Notes: generated from the letters alone by a model not told the origin. Positions 1 through 9,195 are shown, counted from the first letter of the stretch. The stretch is 64,000 bases of DNA from an uncultured Candidatus Rokubacteria bacterium (GCA_963708025.1 CAVPSB010000016.1:384001-448000); one strand, 5' to 3'. Numbers and translations: made by a program.

Positions 1-381
1 GGCGTGGGCGTAGTCCCGAAACATGAACGGCATGTCGAAGATCCCGATGGCCGGATCGAAGTTCGTCAGGACGCCGGGCCCGCCGAAGGTGAAGTTGACG
101 TTCCCGATCTGCAGGCCCTCTTCCAGCTCGCGCTCGTTGCCGAGCTGGCTCGCTGGGAAGACCTTGATGGCGATCTTGCCCCCGGTGCGCTGGCCGACCA
201 GGTCGGCGAAGCGCTGGGCCGCGCCCCCCCACCCGCCCTCGGGCGGCCAGATGTGGCCGAAACGCAGCGTCCGGTCGGCGGCCGTTGCCGGCCGCCCGTC
301 CGGCAGGGCGAGGACGGCGACGACGAGAATGGCGAGCGCGAGCAAACCGAGGTACCGGGAGCCGGTCGTGATACGCGTCAT
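1..381 (-). CDS. dctP: TRAP transporter substrate-binding protein (DctP family), 3' end outside window
   Basis: Manual translation MTRITTGSRYLGLLALAILVVAVLAL...LRFGHIWP...IKVFPASQLGNERELEEGLQIG...FDMPFMFRDYAHA; signal peptide; GGAGG RBS. Confidence 0.85.
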   Translation of the reverse strand, partial: MTRITTGSRYLGLLALAILVVAVLALPDGRPATAADRTLRFGHIWPPEGGWGGAAQRFADLVGQRTGGKIAIKVFPASQLGNERELEEGLQIGNVNFTFGGPGVLTNFDPAIGIFDMPFMFRDYAHA

Positions 382-407
382 CGAAACCTCCACGGTGGGG
401 GGTGGAA

Positions 408-1142
408 TCAGTCCGGGCGTCGGCCCGAGCGATCGCGGTCCTCGAGCCAGGCTCGATACTCCTCCAGCGTGCGGGCGTTGGGCGGATAGGTGCCGGGCAG
501 CGCCGCGCCCTCGCGGACCTTGGCGAGGACGAAGGTCTCCAGACGCTCCTGCTCGGCGGCGTCGCGGGCGACCTCGACCGCCAGGTGCCGGGGAATGATC
601 ACCACGGCCTCCTCGTCGCCGAGCACCACGTCGCCCGGGAAGACCGGCACCCCGCCGCAGCCGATCGGGACGTTGATGTCGACGGCGTGGTGAACGGTGA
701 GGTTCATGGCCGGGCTCGCCGCGCCCGCGTACACGGGGAAGTCCATCTCGGCGATGGCCGGGCTGTCCCGCAGGGCGCCGTCCGTCACCAGGCCGGCGGC
801 GCCGCGCTGCTGGAGCCGGGTCACCAGGATGTGACCGGCCGACGCCGCGCCAGTGTCCCGCCGGGCGTCGACGACCAGGACCTGCCCCGGCTGGGTCAGC
901 TCGATCGCCTTGCGCTGGGGATGCTCGGGGTTCTGGAACACCTCGACCACGTCGAGGTCCTCGCGGGCCGGGATGTAGCGAAGCGTCAGCGCCTCCCCCG
1001 CGAGCCGGCGCCCGCGGCTCACCGGGAGCACGCCCTGGAGGTGCATCCGGCGCAGGCCGCGCTTGAAGAGCTGGGTCGTGACGGTGGCCGTGCTCGCCTC
1101 GGCGAGCCACCGCCACAGCTCTTTGGGAAGCGGCTCTCCCAT
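408..1142 (-). CDS. RraA/HMG-aldolase family protein
   Basis: STATVTTQLFKRG, GQVLVVDAR, GLVTDGALRD, VFPGDVVLGDEEAVVIIP motifs. Confidence 0.85.
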   Translation of the reverse strand: MGEPLPKELWRWLAEASTATVTTQLFKRGLRRMHLQGVLPVSRGRRLAGEALTLRYIPAREDLDVVEVFQNPEHPQRKAIELTQPGQVLVVDARRDTGAASAGHILVTRLQQRGAAGLVTDGALRDSPAIAEMDFPVYAGAASPAMNLTVHHAVDINVPIGCGGVPVFPGDVVLGDEEAVVIIPRHLAVEVARDAAEQERLETFVLAKVREGAALPGTYPPNARTLEEYRAWLEDRDRSGRRPD

Positions 1143-1151
1143 GCCTTCGCT

Positions 1152-1427
1152 CTAGAACTCTTGACGCACCAGAGTCATGACAGATTGGTCAAGCTCTGGG
1201 GGGCGGGGTCGAGGAGCGAGCAGCGCCCAAAGGCCGAAGGCCGTCCGAAGGACGCAGGAGTTCGCCGACAATCGCAGGCGTACTCCGAGTACGCCGAGGA
1301 TCGGCGACGACCGAGGACGACCATAGGTCGGGACGGACGCCCACAGGCCGAAGGCCCTCCGATCGACGTAGGCCGAGCGCGTCCAGACCGAGATGAGAAT
1401 TGCGACGCTCATCGGCCCGCCCGCTAG
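1152..1427. repeat. Composite palindromic intergenic repeat (REP/MITE-like), copy 1
   Basis: Collinear with 8203-8399; imperfect terminal IRs GGGCGGGGTCGAGGAGCG...CGCTCATCGGCCCGCCCG; central palindrome GGCGTACTCCGAGTACGCC (1277-1295); GGCCGAAGGCC modules at 1226-1249 and within 1329-1384. Confidence 0.85.
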
Positions 1428-2536
1428 TTGGGGGCGATCGCGCCGCGCGTGATGTGTCCGTCCTCCTGCTCCCGGAAGGCGTCGTTGATCCGCTCCAGCG
1501 GGAACGTGTGGGACAGGATCCGCTGATAGGGGTACTTCGCCCGGGTGCGGATCATGAGGTCGAGCGTGGCCTTGAGGTGCTCGGCCTCGTAGTGGATGAC
1601 GCCGACGATGCGCCGGTTGCCGAAGACGAGCCACGACGGGTCGATGGTGCCCTCCAAGCCGGCGTTGATGTTGCCGACCTCGAGGTAGGTCCCGTCGGGC
1701 GCCAGCATGCGGAGCCCCTCGTCCACGATGCCGGGATCCCCCACCAGCTCCATCACCACGTCGGCGCCCCAATCGTCGGTCAGGGCCCGGACGCGCTCGA
1801 CCCGGCTGGCCGGGGTGCGGTACTCGCGTAGGTCGACGGCCTCGTCGGCCCCGAACTCCCGCGCCAGGGCGAGTCGTTCGTCCACCCCGTCGATGACCAC
1901 GATCTTCCCCGCGCCCATCTCGCGGGCGGCCGCGCAGGAGTAGACGCCGAGCCCGCCGGCCCCCTGGATCACGACCGTCTGACCCGCGTGGAACCCGGCG
2001 ATCTCCAGCGCGGCGTAGACCTGGGTGAAGGCGCAGTTGATGCCGGCCGCCATCGCGTCGGTGATGGCGTCGGGGATCCGGAAGATGGCGTGGCCGGCCC
2101 CCAGGTAGAAGTACTGGCCGTAGCCGCCCTGGAAATGGGGCCAGACGTCGCAGCTCACCGCCCAGTTCGACTGCCGGGTGGGGCAGGACCGGAAGTGGCG
2201 CCGCAGGCACGCCGGGCAGCGCCCGCACGGGATGAAGTACCGGTAGATGACCCGGTCGCCCTCGCGGAGCGGCTGGCCGGCCGAGTCGCGGGTGACGCCC
2301 GCCCCCAGCTTGTACACGGTGCCCATGTGCTCGTGGCCGGTGTTCAGCGGGAGCGGCCGGCCCCGCTTCGTGAAGTCGTAGTGGCCCTTCCAGTAGTGCA
2401 TGTCGGAGCCGCAGACGTTGGCCAGGGCGACCTTGATCAGCACCGCCCCCGGCACCGGATCCGGCACCGGGTACTCCCGGATCTCGAAGCCCTTGCCGAG
2501 CCCCTGCCACGCCGCCAGCCGGCCCACCTCGGCCAT
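1424..2536 (-). CDS. Zinc-dependent alcohol dehydrogenase (MDR family)
   Basis: VCGSDMH, GHEHMG, CGRCPAC...C structural Zn site, GAGGLG Rossmann motif. Confidence 0.92.
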   Translation of the reverse strand: MAEVGRLAAWQGLGKGFEIREYPVPDPVPGAVLIKVALANVCGSDMHYWKGHYDFTKRGRPLPLNTGHEHMGTVYKLGAGVTRDSAGQPLREGDRVIYRYFIPCGRCPACLRRHFRSCPTRQSNWAVSCDVWPHFQGGYGQYFYLGAGHAIFRIPDAITDAMAAGINCAFTQVYAALEIAGFHAGQTVVIQGAGGLGVYSCAAAREMGAGKIVVIDGVDERLALAREFGADEAVDLREYRTPASRVERVRALTDDWGADVVMELVGDPGIVDEGLRMLAPDGTYLEVGNINAGLEGTIDPSWLVFGNRRIVGVIHYEAEHLKATLDLMIRTRAKYPYQRILSHTFPLERINDAFREQEDGHITRGAIAPN

Positions 2537-2696
2537 CCCGTCGTCCTCCTCGTCGTCGGATCACGCAACGCCGACGATGCTGCGCCAACGGCCTGGCGGT
2601 GTCAAGGCGGGACCCCGCACATCGGCCCCGGGCTGCGCTACAATCTCCACGGGCACGAGGTAGAAAATGGGACCGACGCTCGGTGGAGGGAACGAC

Positions 2697-3027
2697 ATGA
2701 CACGACGCGTGGTCATCGGCCTCCTGGCGCTCTCGATCACCGCCTGCGCCACCGCGCCGGCGGGTCCGCCGCAGACGTCGGAGCCCGCGGCGAACCCGCC
2801 GCGCCGCCGTCTCGGTCGGCAGCCAGGTCGTGGCCGTCATCGGGACCCCCTTCTACCTGATCTACAAGACCGTCGTGTGCGCGGCGACGCTCGTCATCGC
2901 GCCGCCCATGTCGGGGCTGGTGGCCATGACCGATCGCGACGACCGGCAGGTCATCCGCCGGCGGATCGACGAGGGCACCACGCAGAACTGCGGCGGGTCC
3001 TGGATCCTCACGCCCGCCTCCCCGTGA
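2697..3027 (+). CDS. Small lipoprotein, hypothetical (one frameshift near 2800)
   Basis: GGAGGG RBS; MTRRVVIGLLALSITAC lipobox; continues in another frame as VAVIGTPFYLIYKTVVCAATLVIAPP... Confidence 0.55.
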
Positions 3028-3086
3028 CGGCCGCCCTCGAGATGCCTTCCCGCCGAGCCGGAATTCGCGCGCTCGTGGGATAGAAT

Positions 3087-3338
3087 ATGCCCGTGAGCCT
3101 TCAGGGGGGAACAGCCAACCACTGGATCGGACGCATCGCGCCTCGTGGCCGGTCCGACGCCTACGCCTTGGCGACGAGCCCGACCTGTGCCTGCTGACCA
3201 CCGCGGAACAGAGGCTGGAGATGATGTGGTCCCTGGCGCTCGAGGTCCTGGGCGCTGACCGGAAGGCCCCTGCCGCAGTACCGTCGGCAGGACGCGCCGG
3301 TCCGCCTCCTCGAGCTCTCGGCTCTCCGAAAGAGCTGA
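3087..3338 (+). pseudogene. Small protein of the type found upstream of nucleotidyltransferase genes (frameshifted)
   Basis: Stitched read RASWPVRRLRLGDEPDLCLLTTAEQRLEMMWSLALEVWALTGRPLPQYRRQDAPVRLL; TAGAAT -10-like hexamer at 3081-3086. Confidence 0.45.
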
Positions 3339-3345
3339 GAGGCTG

Positions 3346-3455
3346 TGCATCAAGGGCGTCGGGAGTTGCTTCAGAACAAGCGCGCCACGGGTCGCCTCCG
3401 AGACCTGGCCGACGTCGAAGCCCTGGAGGCGAGCGGAGAGATCGCGCCGCCCTGA
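3346..3455 (+). pseudogene. C-terminal remnant of a nucleotidyltransferase (DUF6036-like)
   Basis: GRRELLQNKRATGRLRDLADVEAL matches the NKxAxGRxKDxxD terminal helix; the rest of the gene is absent. Confidence 0.55.
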
Positions 3456-3464
3456 GGAGCATCA

Positions 3465-4019
3465 TTGGGACGCGGCGAAGACGACCCATCCGGTGAGTCC
3501 CCCCTGAGTCGGCTCGAGTTCCACATCGCCCAGAAGATCGCGCAGCGTGACGCGATCGATCGCGCGGCCGAGCGCGTGGCCGGGCTCGACGGCGTGGTGG
3601 TCGAGTTCGGACTGGGCCAGGGGCGCTCGTATTCCCACCTGGTCGCCCGCTTTCCCGACCGCGAGGTCTTCTGCTTCGACCGCCAGGACGCCACGCCACC
3701 CGGCTGGGCGCCGCCGGCCGATCACCTCTACCTGGGCGAGTTCGACGCCGTGCTCCGCGACCCGACGGTCCACGCCCGCTTCGCCGGCCGGGTCGTCCTG
3801 GCCCACCTGGATCTCGCGCGTGGCGACTCCCCGGATTCCCGGGTGCACCACTTCGTGGTCGGGCAGACCCATGGCTGGCTGCGGCCCGGGGGCTCGGTGC
3901 TCAGCGACCGGCCGCTCCGGCTCGAGCCGGCGTGGGGCCTCGAGCCGCTCGGGCCGGCCGGAGAGTCCTGGCCGCCGGACCGGCCCCGGTTCTACGCCTA
4001 CCAGCGGCACTCCGCGTGA
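3465..4019 (+). CDS. Class I SAM-dependent methyltransferase-like protein (Methyltransf_17-like)
   Basis: SRLE...AQR; VVEFGLGQGRSYSHL; EVFCFDR; LAHLDL; GAGGAG RBS before TTG start. Confidence 0.75.
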   Translation: MGRGEDDPSGESPLSRLEFHIAQKIAQRDAIDRAAERVAGLDGVVVEFGLGQGRSYSHLVARFPDREVFCFDRQDATPPGWAPPADHLYLGEFDAVLRDPTVHARFAGRVVLAHLDLARGDSPDSRVHHFVVGQTHGWLRPGGSVLSDRPLRLEPAWGLEPLGPAGESWPPDRPRFYAYQRHSA

Positions 4020-4039
4020 AGCGCGGGCACCACCACGAC

Positions 4040-4241
4040 CGCAGGCCCTGACGCGCTGCTGGCGGGGCGGGAGGCGGACTACGCCACGCTGATCGACCTG
4101 CTGGACTCCGTCGGGCGGGCCTGGGCCACCCAGCAGACGGGCCACCCCGGCCGTCCGCCCATCCCCTTCCACACCATCCTGGCGGTGCCCCGCTCCCGCC
4201 TGGCGAGCCGCGCCGACTGGCGGGCCCCGCGCCTCCGCTGA
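4040..4241 (+). pseudogene. Possible C-terminal fragment of a barstar-family protein
   Basis: DALLAGREADYATLIDLLDSVGRAWATQQTGHPGRPPIPFHTILAV...*; coding-like codon use; no start codon. Confidence 0.35.
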
Positions 4242-4307
4242 CAGAGCACGAGAGGTTGCTATCGTGCCCTTGTCATGCCGAAGCCGCATGGCAGCGAAAG
4301 CGGGCCC

Positions 4308-4580
4308 TCAGAGCTTGTCGGCGATGTGTCGGGCGGCCTCCGCGGAGGTGCGCACCGGAATGATCTCGAAGTGGCCAAGGTCGCTCCACGCCTTCATCCA
4401 TGGATCGAACAACGACCGATCCTCGGTGCGCATGACCTGAAAGCACCGGAAGTAGTCGAGGTCCACCCAGCTGTCGACGTATTCGAGACCGGGTGGCAGC
4501 TGGCGACCACGGTCGCGAGCACGACGATAGATCTCCGGAGCCGCGCCCGCATTGAAGTACTCGATGACCATGTAGAGCAT
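4308..4580 (-). CDS. DUF3303-family small protein
   Basis: MLYMVIEYF...IYRRARDRGRQLPPGLEYVDSWV...CFQVM...WSDL..FEIIPV; GAGGAG RBS. Confidence 0.75.
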   Translation of the reverse strand: MLYMVIEYFNAGAAPEIYRRARDRGRQLPPGLEYVDSWVDLDYFRCFQVMRTEDRSLFDPWMKAWSDLGHFEIIPVRTSAEAARHIADKL

Positions 4581-4641
4581 CACGGGATCTCCTCGCGGTC
4601 CGTTGTCGTTAGACTCGGCTGAATAGCGTTGCCCTGGTTAG

Positions 4642-4791
4642 TTACACTCGGTGTAGATTGGCCAACGCCTCAACAAGCGGTACGCTCTTCGCTAGTTGTG
4701 CAATGCCGCGCATGGAGAGGCGCAGCGCGCGGTCGATCTCACGAACCGCATCATGGGCCCGGTCGAGAGGGCGGAGCGCCCAGTCAGGCAT
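4642..4791 (-). CDS. 49-aa ORF at gene-cassette position directly after attC (possibly truncated)
   Basis: GTTAGGC-GAAGGAC-ATG; MPDWALRPLDRAHDAVREIDRALRLSMRGIAQLAKSVPLVEALANLHRV*; lower GC. Confidence 0.35.
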   Translation of the reverse strand: MPDWALRPLDRAHDAVREIDRALRLSMRGIAQLAKSVPLVEALANLHRV

Positions 4792-4798
4792 GTCCTTC

Positions 4799-4856
4799 GC
4801 CTAACAATCGCGCTCAGCGGCGCGCGAGGCGCGTCCGCTCGAGTGCGAAGCTAGAC
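4799..4856 (-). mobile_element. Integron attC site (59-base element), slightly degenerate
   Basis: Minus strand GTCTAGC-TTCGCA-CTCGAGCGGACGCGCCTCGCGCGCCGCTGAGC-GCGATT-GTTAGGC; 58 bp; R' = GTTRRRY; R'' one mismatch from RYYYAAC; two extrahelical bases. Confidence 0.75.
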
Positions 4857-4858
4857 CG

Positions 4859-4960
4859 TCACGACGGGAGGTCCTCGAGTCGAACACCGCTACCGTCCCT
4901 GAGAGCTTTGCGCGCTTCCGCCACGCGGCGCAGAAACTCGGGGTGATGTTCCAGAAGGTA
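4859..4960 (-). pseudogene. C-terminal remnant of a Phd/YefM-type antitoxin cassette
   Basis: YLLEHHPEFLRRVAEARKALRDGSGVRLEDLPS* ends 2 bp before attC R''; truncated at a duplicated TAGCCAGAAT (4959-4979). Confidence 0.55.
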
Positions 4961-5031
4961 GCCAGAATATAGCCAGAATTGTCAGCAGTGTCAAAACGGG
5001 GCCCAGGCGGCTTCCCGGATGGACTGCCGGC

Positions 5032-6298
5032 CTAGAAGCCGCCGGCGCCGGGGCGGGGGCCGAGGCCGGCCGGGTCGTGCTCGGGCTTCCGGCCCGCCAT
5101 CAGGTCGGCGACGATCCGCGCGGTGCCGAACGCCATCGTCCAGCCCATGTGGCCGTGGCCGGCGTTGAGGAAGAGGTTCCGGTGCCGGCCGGTCCCGACG
5201 ATGGGGCGACCGTCCGGGGTCATCGGCCGGAGGCACGCCCGGTACTCGCCCCGGTCGTAGTCGACGGCCTCCGGGAAGACGTCGCGCGCGAACTTCAGGA
5301 TGTTGTTGAAATCCCGCGGCGTCCAGCTCCAGTCGTAGCCGGCGAACTCGGCGGTCGAGGTGAGCCGCAGCCGATCGCCCAGCCGGGACCAGCCGACGAG
5401 CCACCGCTCGTCGACGCCCGGCAGGGTCGGCGCCAGGCCGCCCGCCTTGAGCGGGAACGTCGAACGAGTAGCCCTTGGCGGGATAGACGGCGAGCCGCAC
5501 GCCCACCGTGCGGGCGATCAGCGGGCCGTTGACGCCGAGCGCCAGGACGTAGGCGTCGGCGGTGAGGAGGCCGCCGGCGGTCATCGCGCCGACGACGCGG
5601 TCCCCCTCGGCGCGCAGGCCGGTGACGGGCGTCCCGAGCCGGAAGGTCGCCCCGAACTTCTCCCGGCAGACCCGGGCGAGGTTCTCGCTGAACACCCGGG
5701 AGTCCCCGCTCGTGTCCCCGAGGTCCCGGATCGCCCCGGCGATCCGGTCCTGGACCGGCTCGAAGACCGGGTCGAGCCTGGCCACCGCGGCCGCGTCCAG
5801 GGTCTCCTGCTTCTGGCCGTGCTCCGCCAGGAGCGCCATCTTCCGGACTCCCGCCTCCAGCTCGACCGGGTCCCGGTAGAGGTAGAGGGCGCCCCGCGTG
5901 ATGGCGTGGTACTCGATCCCTTCCCGCCGCACGAGGTCGGTCATGACCGCCTGGCTGTACTGGCAGAGGCGCAGCTTGATGAGCGTGTTGTGGCGGGCCC
6001 GCTCGGCGGTGCACTCGCGGAGGAACCGCCAGCCCCAGGTGTAGAGCCGAAGGTCGGGCGCGAGCTTCACCCGGATGGCGGTCTCCTTCCCGAGGAGGGA
6101 CCGCACGAGCTGGGCCGGGGCGCTCGGCGACGCCCACGCGAAGGAGTGGCCGGGGGCGATGATGCCCGCGTTGCCGGAGGTCGCCTCGAGGCCGAGCTGG
6201 TCCTTCGCCTCCACGAGCGTGACTTCGTGCCCGTCCAGGCCGAGGAAGTACGCCGTGGTGACGCCCACGATGCCGCCGCCGAGAACGAGGACCTTCAT
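5032..6298 (-). CDS. dadA: D-amino acid dehydrogenase (frameshift near 5460)
   Basis: MKVLVLGGGIVGVTTAY, ATSGNAG, VYPAKGYS; second frame ACLRPMTPDGRP, LNAGHGHMGWTM. Confidence 0.85.
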
Positions 6299-6549
6299 GG
6301 CACTGGAGCTTACGTCGGGGCCGCGCCTCCCCGCAAGCCGGTCGCCGGAGAGCGCCCGCCACGGCCCGGGCCGACCACGGCGAGCGACTGGACTGACACC
6401 TGGAAGCGTCGCTACAATCGGCACGACCGAGAGGTGTCTCGATGAAAGAGCTCCCAGTCGTTCCCGAGCGATCGCTCCCGGCGCTGCCGGCCGCGAAAGA
6501 GTAGCCGGCGGGGAAAGCCTCGCGACCTGGCTACTGACCTGAGGGGTCC

Positions 6550-7554
6550 GTGAGATCGGTCGCGATCGAGCCCACGTTCGAGGCGTGGCAGGAGGCGGCC
6601 CGGGCGCTTCTGCGCGAGGGCATGCCGCCCGGCGACGTCGAGTGGCGCGAGGGCCCGGCCGCCGTGCGCCCGGGGCCCGAGGGTGGGCCCTCGGCGGCGA
6701 TCCGCGTGCCCCGCCGGTTCATCGAGCTGGCGGGCCGGGTCGCGCGCCACGGTGATCCCGCCCGGTGGGCGCTCCTCTACTCGGTGCTCTGGCGGCTCGT
6801 CCACGAGAGCCGGGACCTCCTGGCGAGCGAGGCCGACCCGGAGGTCCGCCGGCTCGTCACGCTGGCCGCCGAGGTCCGGGGCGAAGGCGCCCGTGACGCG
6901 GCGCCGGACGCGCCCCTCACCCTGTCCGGGGACGCGGGGGCCGCGGGGGCGGCGCCGTTCGTGCCGGTTGGTGCCGGCCTCGCGGAGCTGCGGGTGGCCG
7001 CCCGGCGCTGCACCGGCTGCGACCTGTACCGCCACGCGACCCAGACAGTGTTCGGCCGGGGCCCGGTAGACGCCCGCGTCGTGCTGGTCGGCGAGCAGCC
7101 CGGCGACCAGGAGGACCTTCAGGGCGCGCCGTTCGTGGGGCCGGCCGGCGAGGTGCTCGACCGCGCGCTCCGGGAAGCCGGTCTCGCGCGCGAGCGGCTC
7201 TACGTGACGAACGCGGTGAAGCACTTCAAGTTCGTGGAGCGGGGCAAGCGACGCATCCACCAGACGCCCGGCCCCGTCGAGATCGCCGCCTGCCGCCCCT
7301 GGCTCGAGGCCGAGGTCGCCGTCCTCGAGCCCGGCGTGCTGGTGTGCCTGGGAGCGAGCGCCGCCCGCGCGCTCCTGGGCCCGGACTTCCGGCTGATGCG
7401 AGACCGCGGCCGCTTCATGGTCACGCGCTGGGCGCCCAAGACGCTCGCCACGCTTCATCCCTCGGCGGTCCTCCGGGGCGAGGACGAGACGACGCAGGCC
7501 CGACTCTATGGCCTGCTGCTGGGCGATCTCAAGCTCGTGGCCGAAGCGGCATAG
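6550..7554 (+). CDS. udgX: UdgX-family uracil-DNA-binding glycosylase with N-terminal DUF4130-like segment
   Basis: CTGCDL Fe-S motif, GEQPGDQED, TNAVKHFKF, KRRIH R-loop, TLHPSAVLR; N-terminal F..W...ARALL...P..V.W. Confidence 0.88.
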   Translation: MRSVAIEPTFEAWQEAARALLREGMPPGDVEWREGPAAVRPGPEGGPSAAIRVPRRFIELAGRVARHGDPARWALLYSVLWRLVHESRDLLASEADPEVRRLVTLAAEVRGEGARDAAPDAPLTLSGDAGAAGAAPFVPVGAGLAELRVAARRCTGCDLYRHATQTVFGRGPVDARVVLVGEQPGDQEDLQGAPFVGPAGEVLDRALREAGLARERLYVTNAVKHFKFVERGKRRIHQTPGPVEIAACRPWLEAEVAVLEPGVLVCLGASAARALLGPDFRLMRDRGRFMVTRWAPKTLATLHPSAVLRGEDETTQARLYGLLLGDLKLVAEAA

Positions 7555-7915
7555 CCCGCCTGCTCGAGAACGATGAGTCCCACCTCCGCGACCAGGCTCC
7601 GCATCGTCGCCACCGCCCAGATCCTCCTGGGGATCCTCCTGCTGCCGTTCTCGATGTTCTTCGGGTCGATCCCGGCGCCGGCCCTGGCGCTGGTACCGAT
7701 CTAGCTGGATCATCGTCCGCGGGTGTCTCATGTGGCGACCCGGCGCGGGCACTGTCGCGGTCGCGCGTCGCACCGCCTGGGTCTCACTCGGAACGCCCCC
7801 AGCAGACCACCCCCCGGCGGCAGCGCTTCGCCCGGCCTGCCCGAAGGGCAAGAGCGCATGATCGCCTGTCTCGCGGCGATGTCTCTCGCGCTGGCAGGTC
7901 GAGGCAAGTAGCCGG

Positions 7916-8188
7916 TCAGAAGTACTCGAACGTGTCGGGCTCGCGCGCCATCCGGAGGCGCAGGCCCGCCATGAAGACCAGGTAGGGATGCGCCCCCCGC
8001 GCGATCAGCCGGTCGCGGTCGAGGGCGGTCAGCGCGCCCTGCGTCTCGAGATCCAGGCCCATCTCGGTCATGGCGCCGCCGGCGTCTTCCAGGTAGCGGG
8101 CGCGGAAGCCATCGTCGGACTTCAGCCGGAACAGGCACAGATTCAACTGGTACGCGGCGGCCGACGGGAAGAAATAGTGCGTCTCCAT
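7916..8188 (-). CDS. LigA-like small subunit of class III extradiol dioxygenase
   Basis: YQLNLCLFRLK...FRARYLED...GL...L...GAHPYL; downstream of LigB-like gene; GGAG RBS. Confidence 0.7.
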   Translation of the reverse strand: METHYFFPSAAAYQLNLCLFRLKSDDGFRARYLEDAGGAMTEMGLDLETQGALTALDRDRLIARGAHPYLVFMAGLRLRMAREPDTFEYF

Positions 8189-8202
8189 ATCTCCAGCCTC
8201 CC

Positions 8203-8399
8203 CTAAGGTCCTTGACGCGCCCAAGTCATGGCAGGCGAGTCAGGTTCTCGGGCGGGGCCGAGGAGCGAGCAGCGCTAGGACGCAGGGAGTCGCCGACCGG
8301 AGGCGTACTCCGAGTACGCCGAGGATCGGCGACGACCCCAAAGGCCGAAGGCCGTCCGAACGACGACGCGATGCGACGCTCATCGGCCCCGCCCGCTAG
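8203..8399. repeat. Composite palindromic intergenic repeat, copy 2
   Basis: About 28-bp imperfect terminal IRs (8249.. / ..8395); palindrome 8302-8320; CCCAAAGGCCGAAGGCCGTCCGAA module at 8337-8360. Confidence 0.85.
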
Positions 8400-9184
8400 A
8401 CGGGCCAGGTCACGACGGCGTTGCCGTGGTGCCACGACGGCTCGTAGCAGAGCACCTCGGCCCGGGCGTCGCCCACGGCGCCGAGCAGCGTGACCCAGGT
8501 TCGCAGCTCGACGTTCCCGGACTTGCCCAGCTCCTCGCCGGTCAGCGCCGCCGCCTCGTGCCCTCGTCCCGCCGCCAGCGCTTCCAGGAGACGGCGATCG
8601 AACTCGTAGTCGGGCGCGTCGTAGCGGTCGGTGCCCGGGAAGTGCGACATGCCCCCGGAGGCCAGGAGCGCCACCCGCTCCGGGCGCGCATCGAGAATCG
8701 CGCGCAGCGCCTGCCCCCAGGCGTAGCAGCGGCGGGGGGTGGGCTGGGGCGGGAGGTAGACGTTGACGTAGAGGGGCACGATCGGCGCCGGCGGCTCAGG
8801 CATCGTGAAGTGGAGCGGGACGTAGAAGGCGTAGTCGAGCCGGAGCGCCTGGGAGTAGAGCAGGTCGAAGCCGCGCTCGATCCCCTCCTCCAGGATGCCC
8901 CGGGCCAGCGGCTCGTGGACCGGGAAGCTGTAGCGGTAGCGGCCGAACTGGCCGGCAACCTCGGCGCCGACGAAGACGCCGAGGGCCGGCACCGCGTCGA
9001 GGAAGAAGCCCTCGATGTGGTCGCCGGCGACGATCGCGATGGCGTCCGGGCGGGCGTCCGCGAGGAGACGCTTCACCCGGGCGAAGGCCGCGTGGACGCG
9101 GAGCACCAGCGCCCGGTCCTCGGTCGGCGGCCGGACCAGGAGCTGCGGGGTGTGGGCGCAGGCGGCGGCGGCGACGAGAGGCAT
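8396..9184 (-). CDS. LigB-like class III extradiol ring-cleavage dioxygenase, catalytic subunit
   Basis: AHTPQ, GDHIEGFF, LDYAFYVPL, ASGGMSHFPG, GNVELRTW. Confidence 0.85.
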   Translation of the reverse strand: MPLVAAAACAHTPQLLVRPPTEDRALVLRVHAAFARVKRLLADARPDAIAIVAGDHIEGFFLDAVPALGVFVGAEVAGQFGRYRYSFPVHEPLARGILEEGIERGFDLLYSQALRLDYAFYVPLHFTMPEPPAPIVPLYVNVYLPPQPTPRRCYAWGQALRAILDARPERVALLASGGMSHFPGTDRYDAPDYEFDRRLLEALAAGRGHEAAALTGEELGKSGNVELRTWVTLLGAVGDARAEVLCYEPSWHHGNAVVTWPV

Positions 9185-9195
9185 GCCGATCTCCT

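Noticed and set aside
7572-7911. Small membrane protein gene
   Set aside because: The hydrophobic ORF stops after about 43 codons and its continuation is out of frame; no recognisable family
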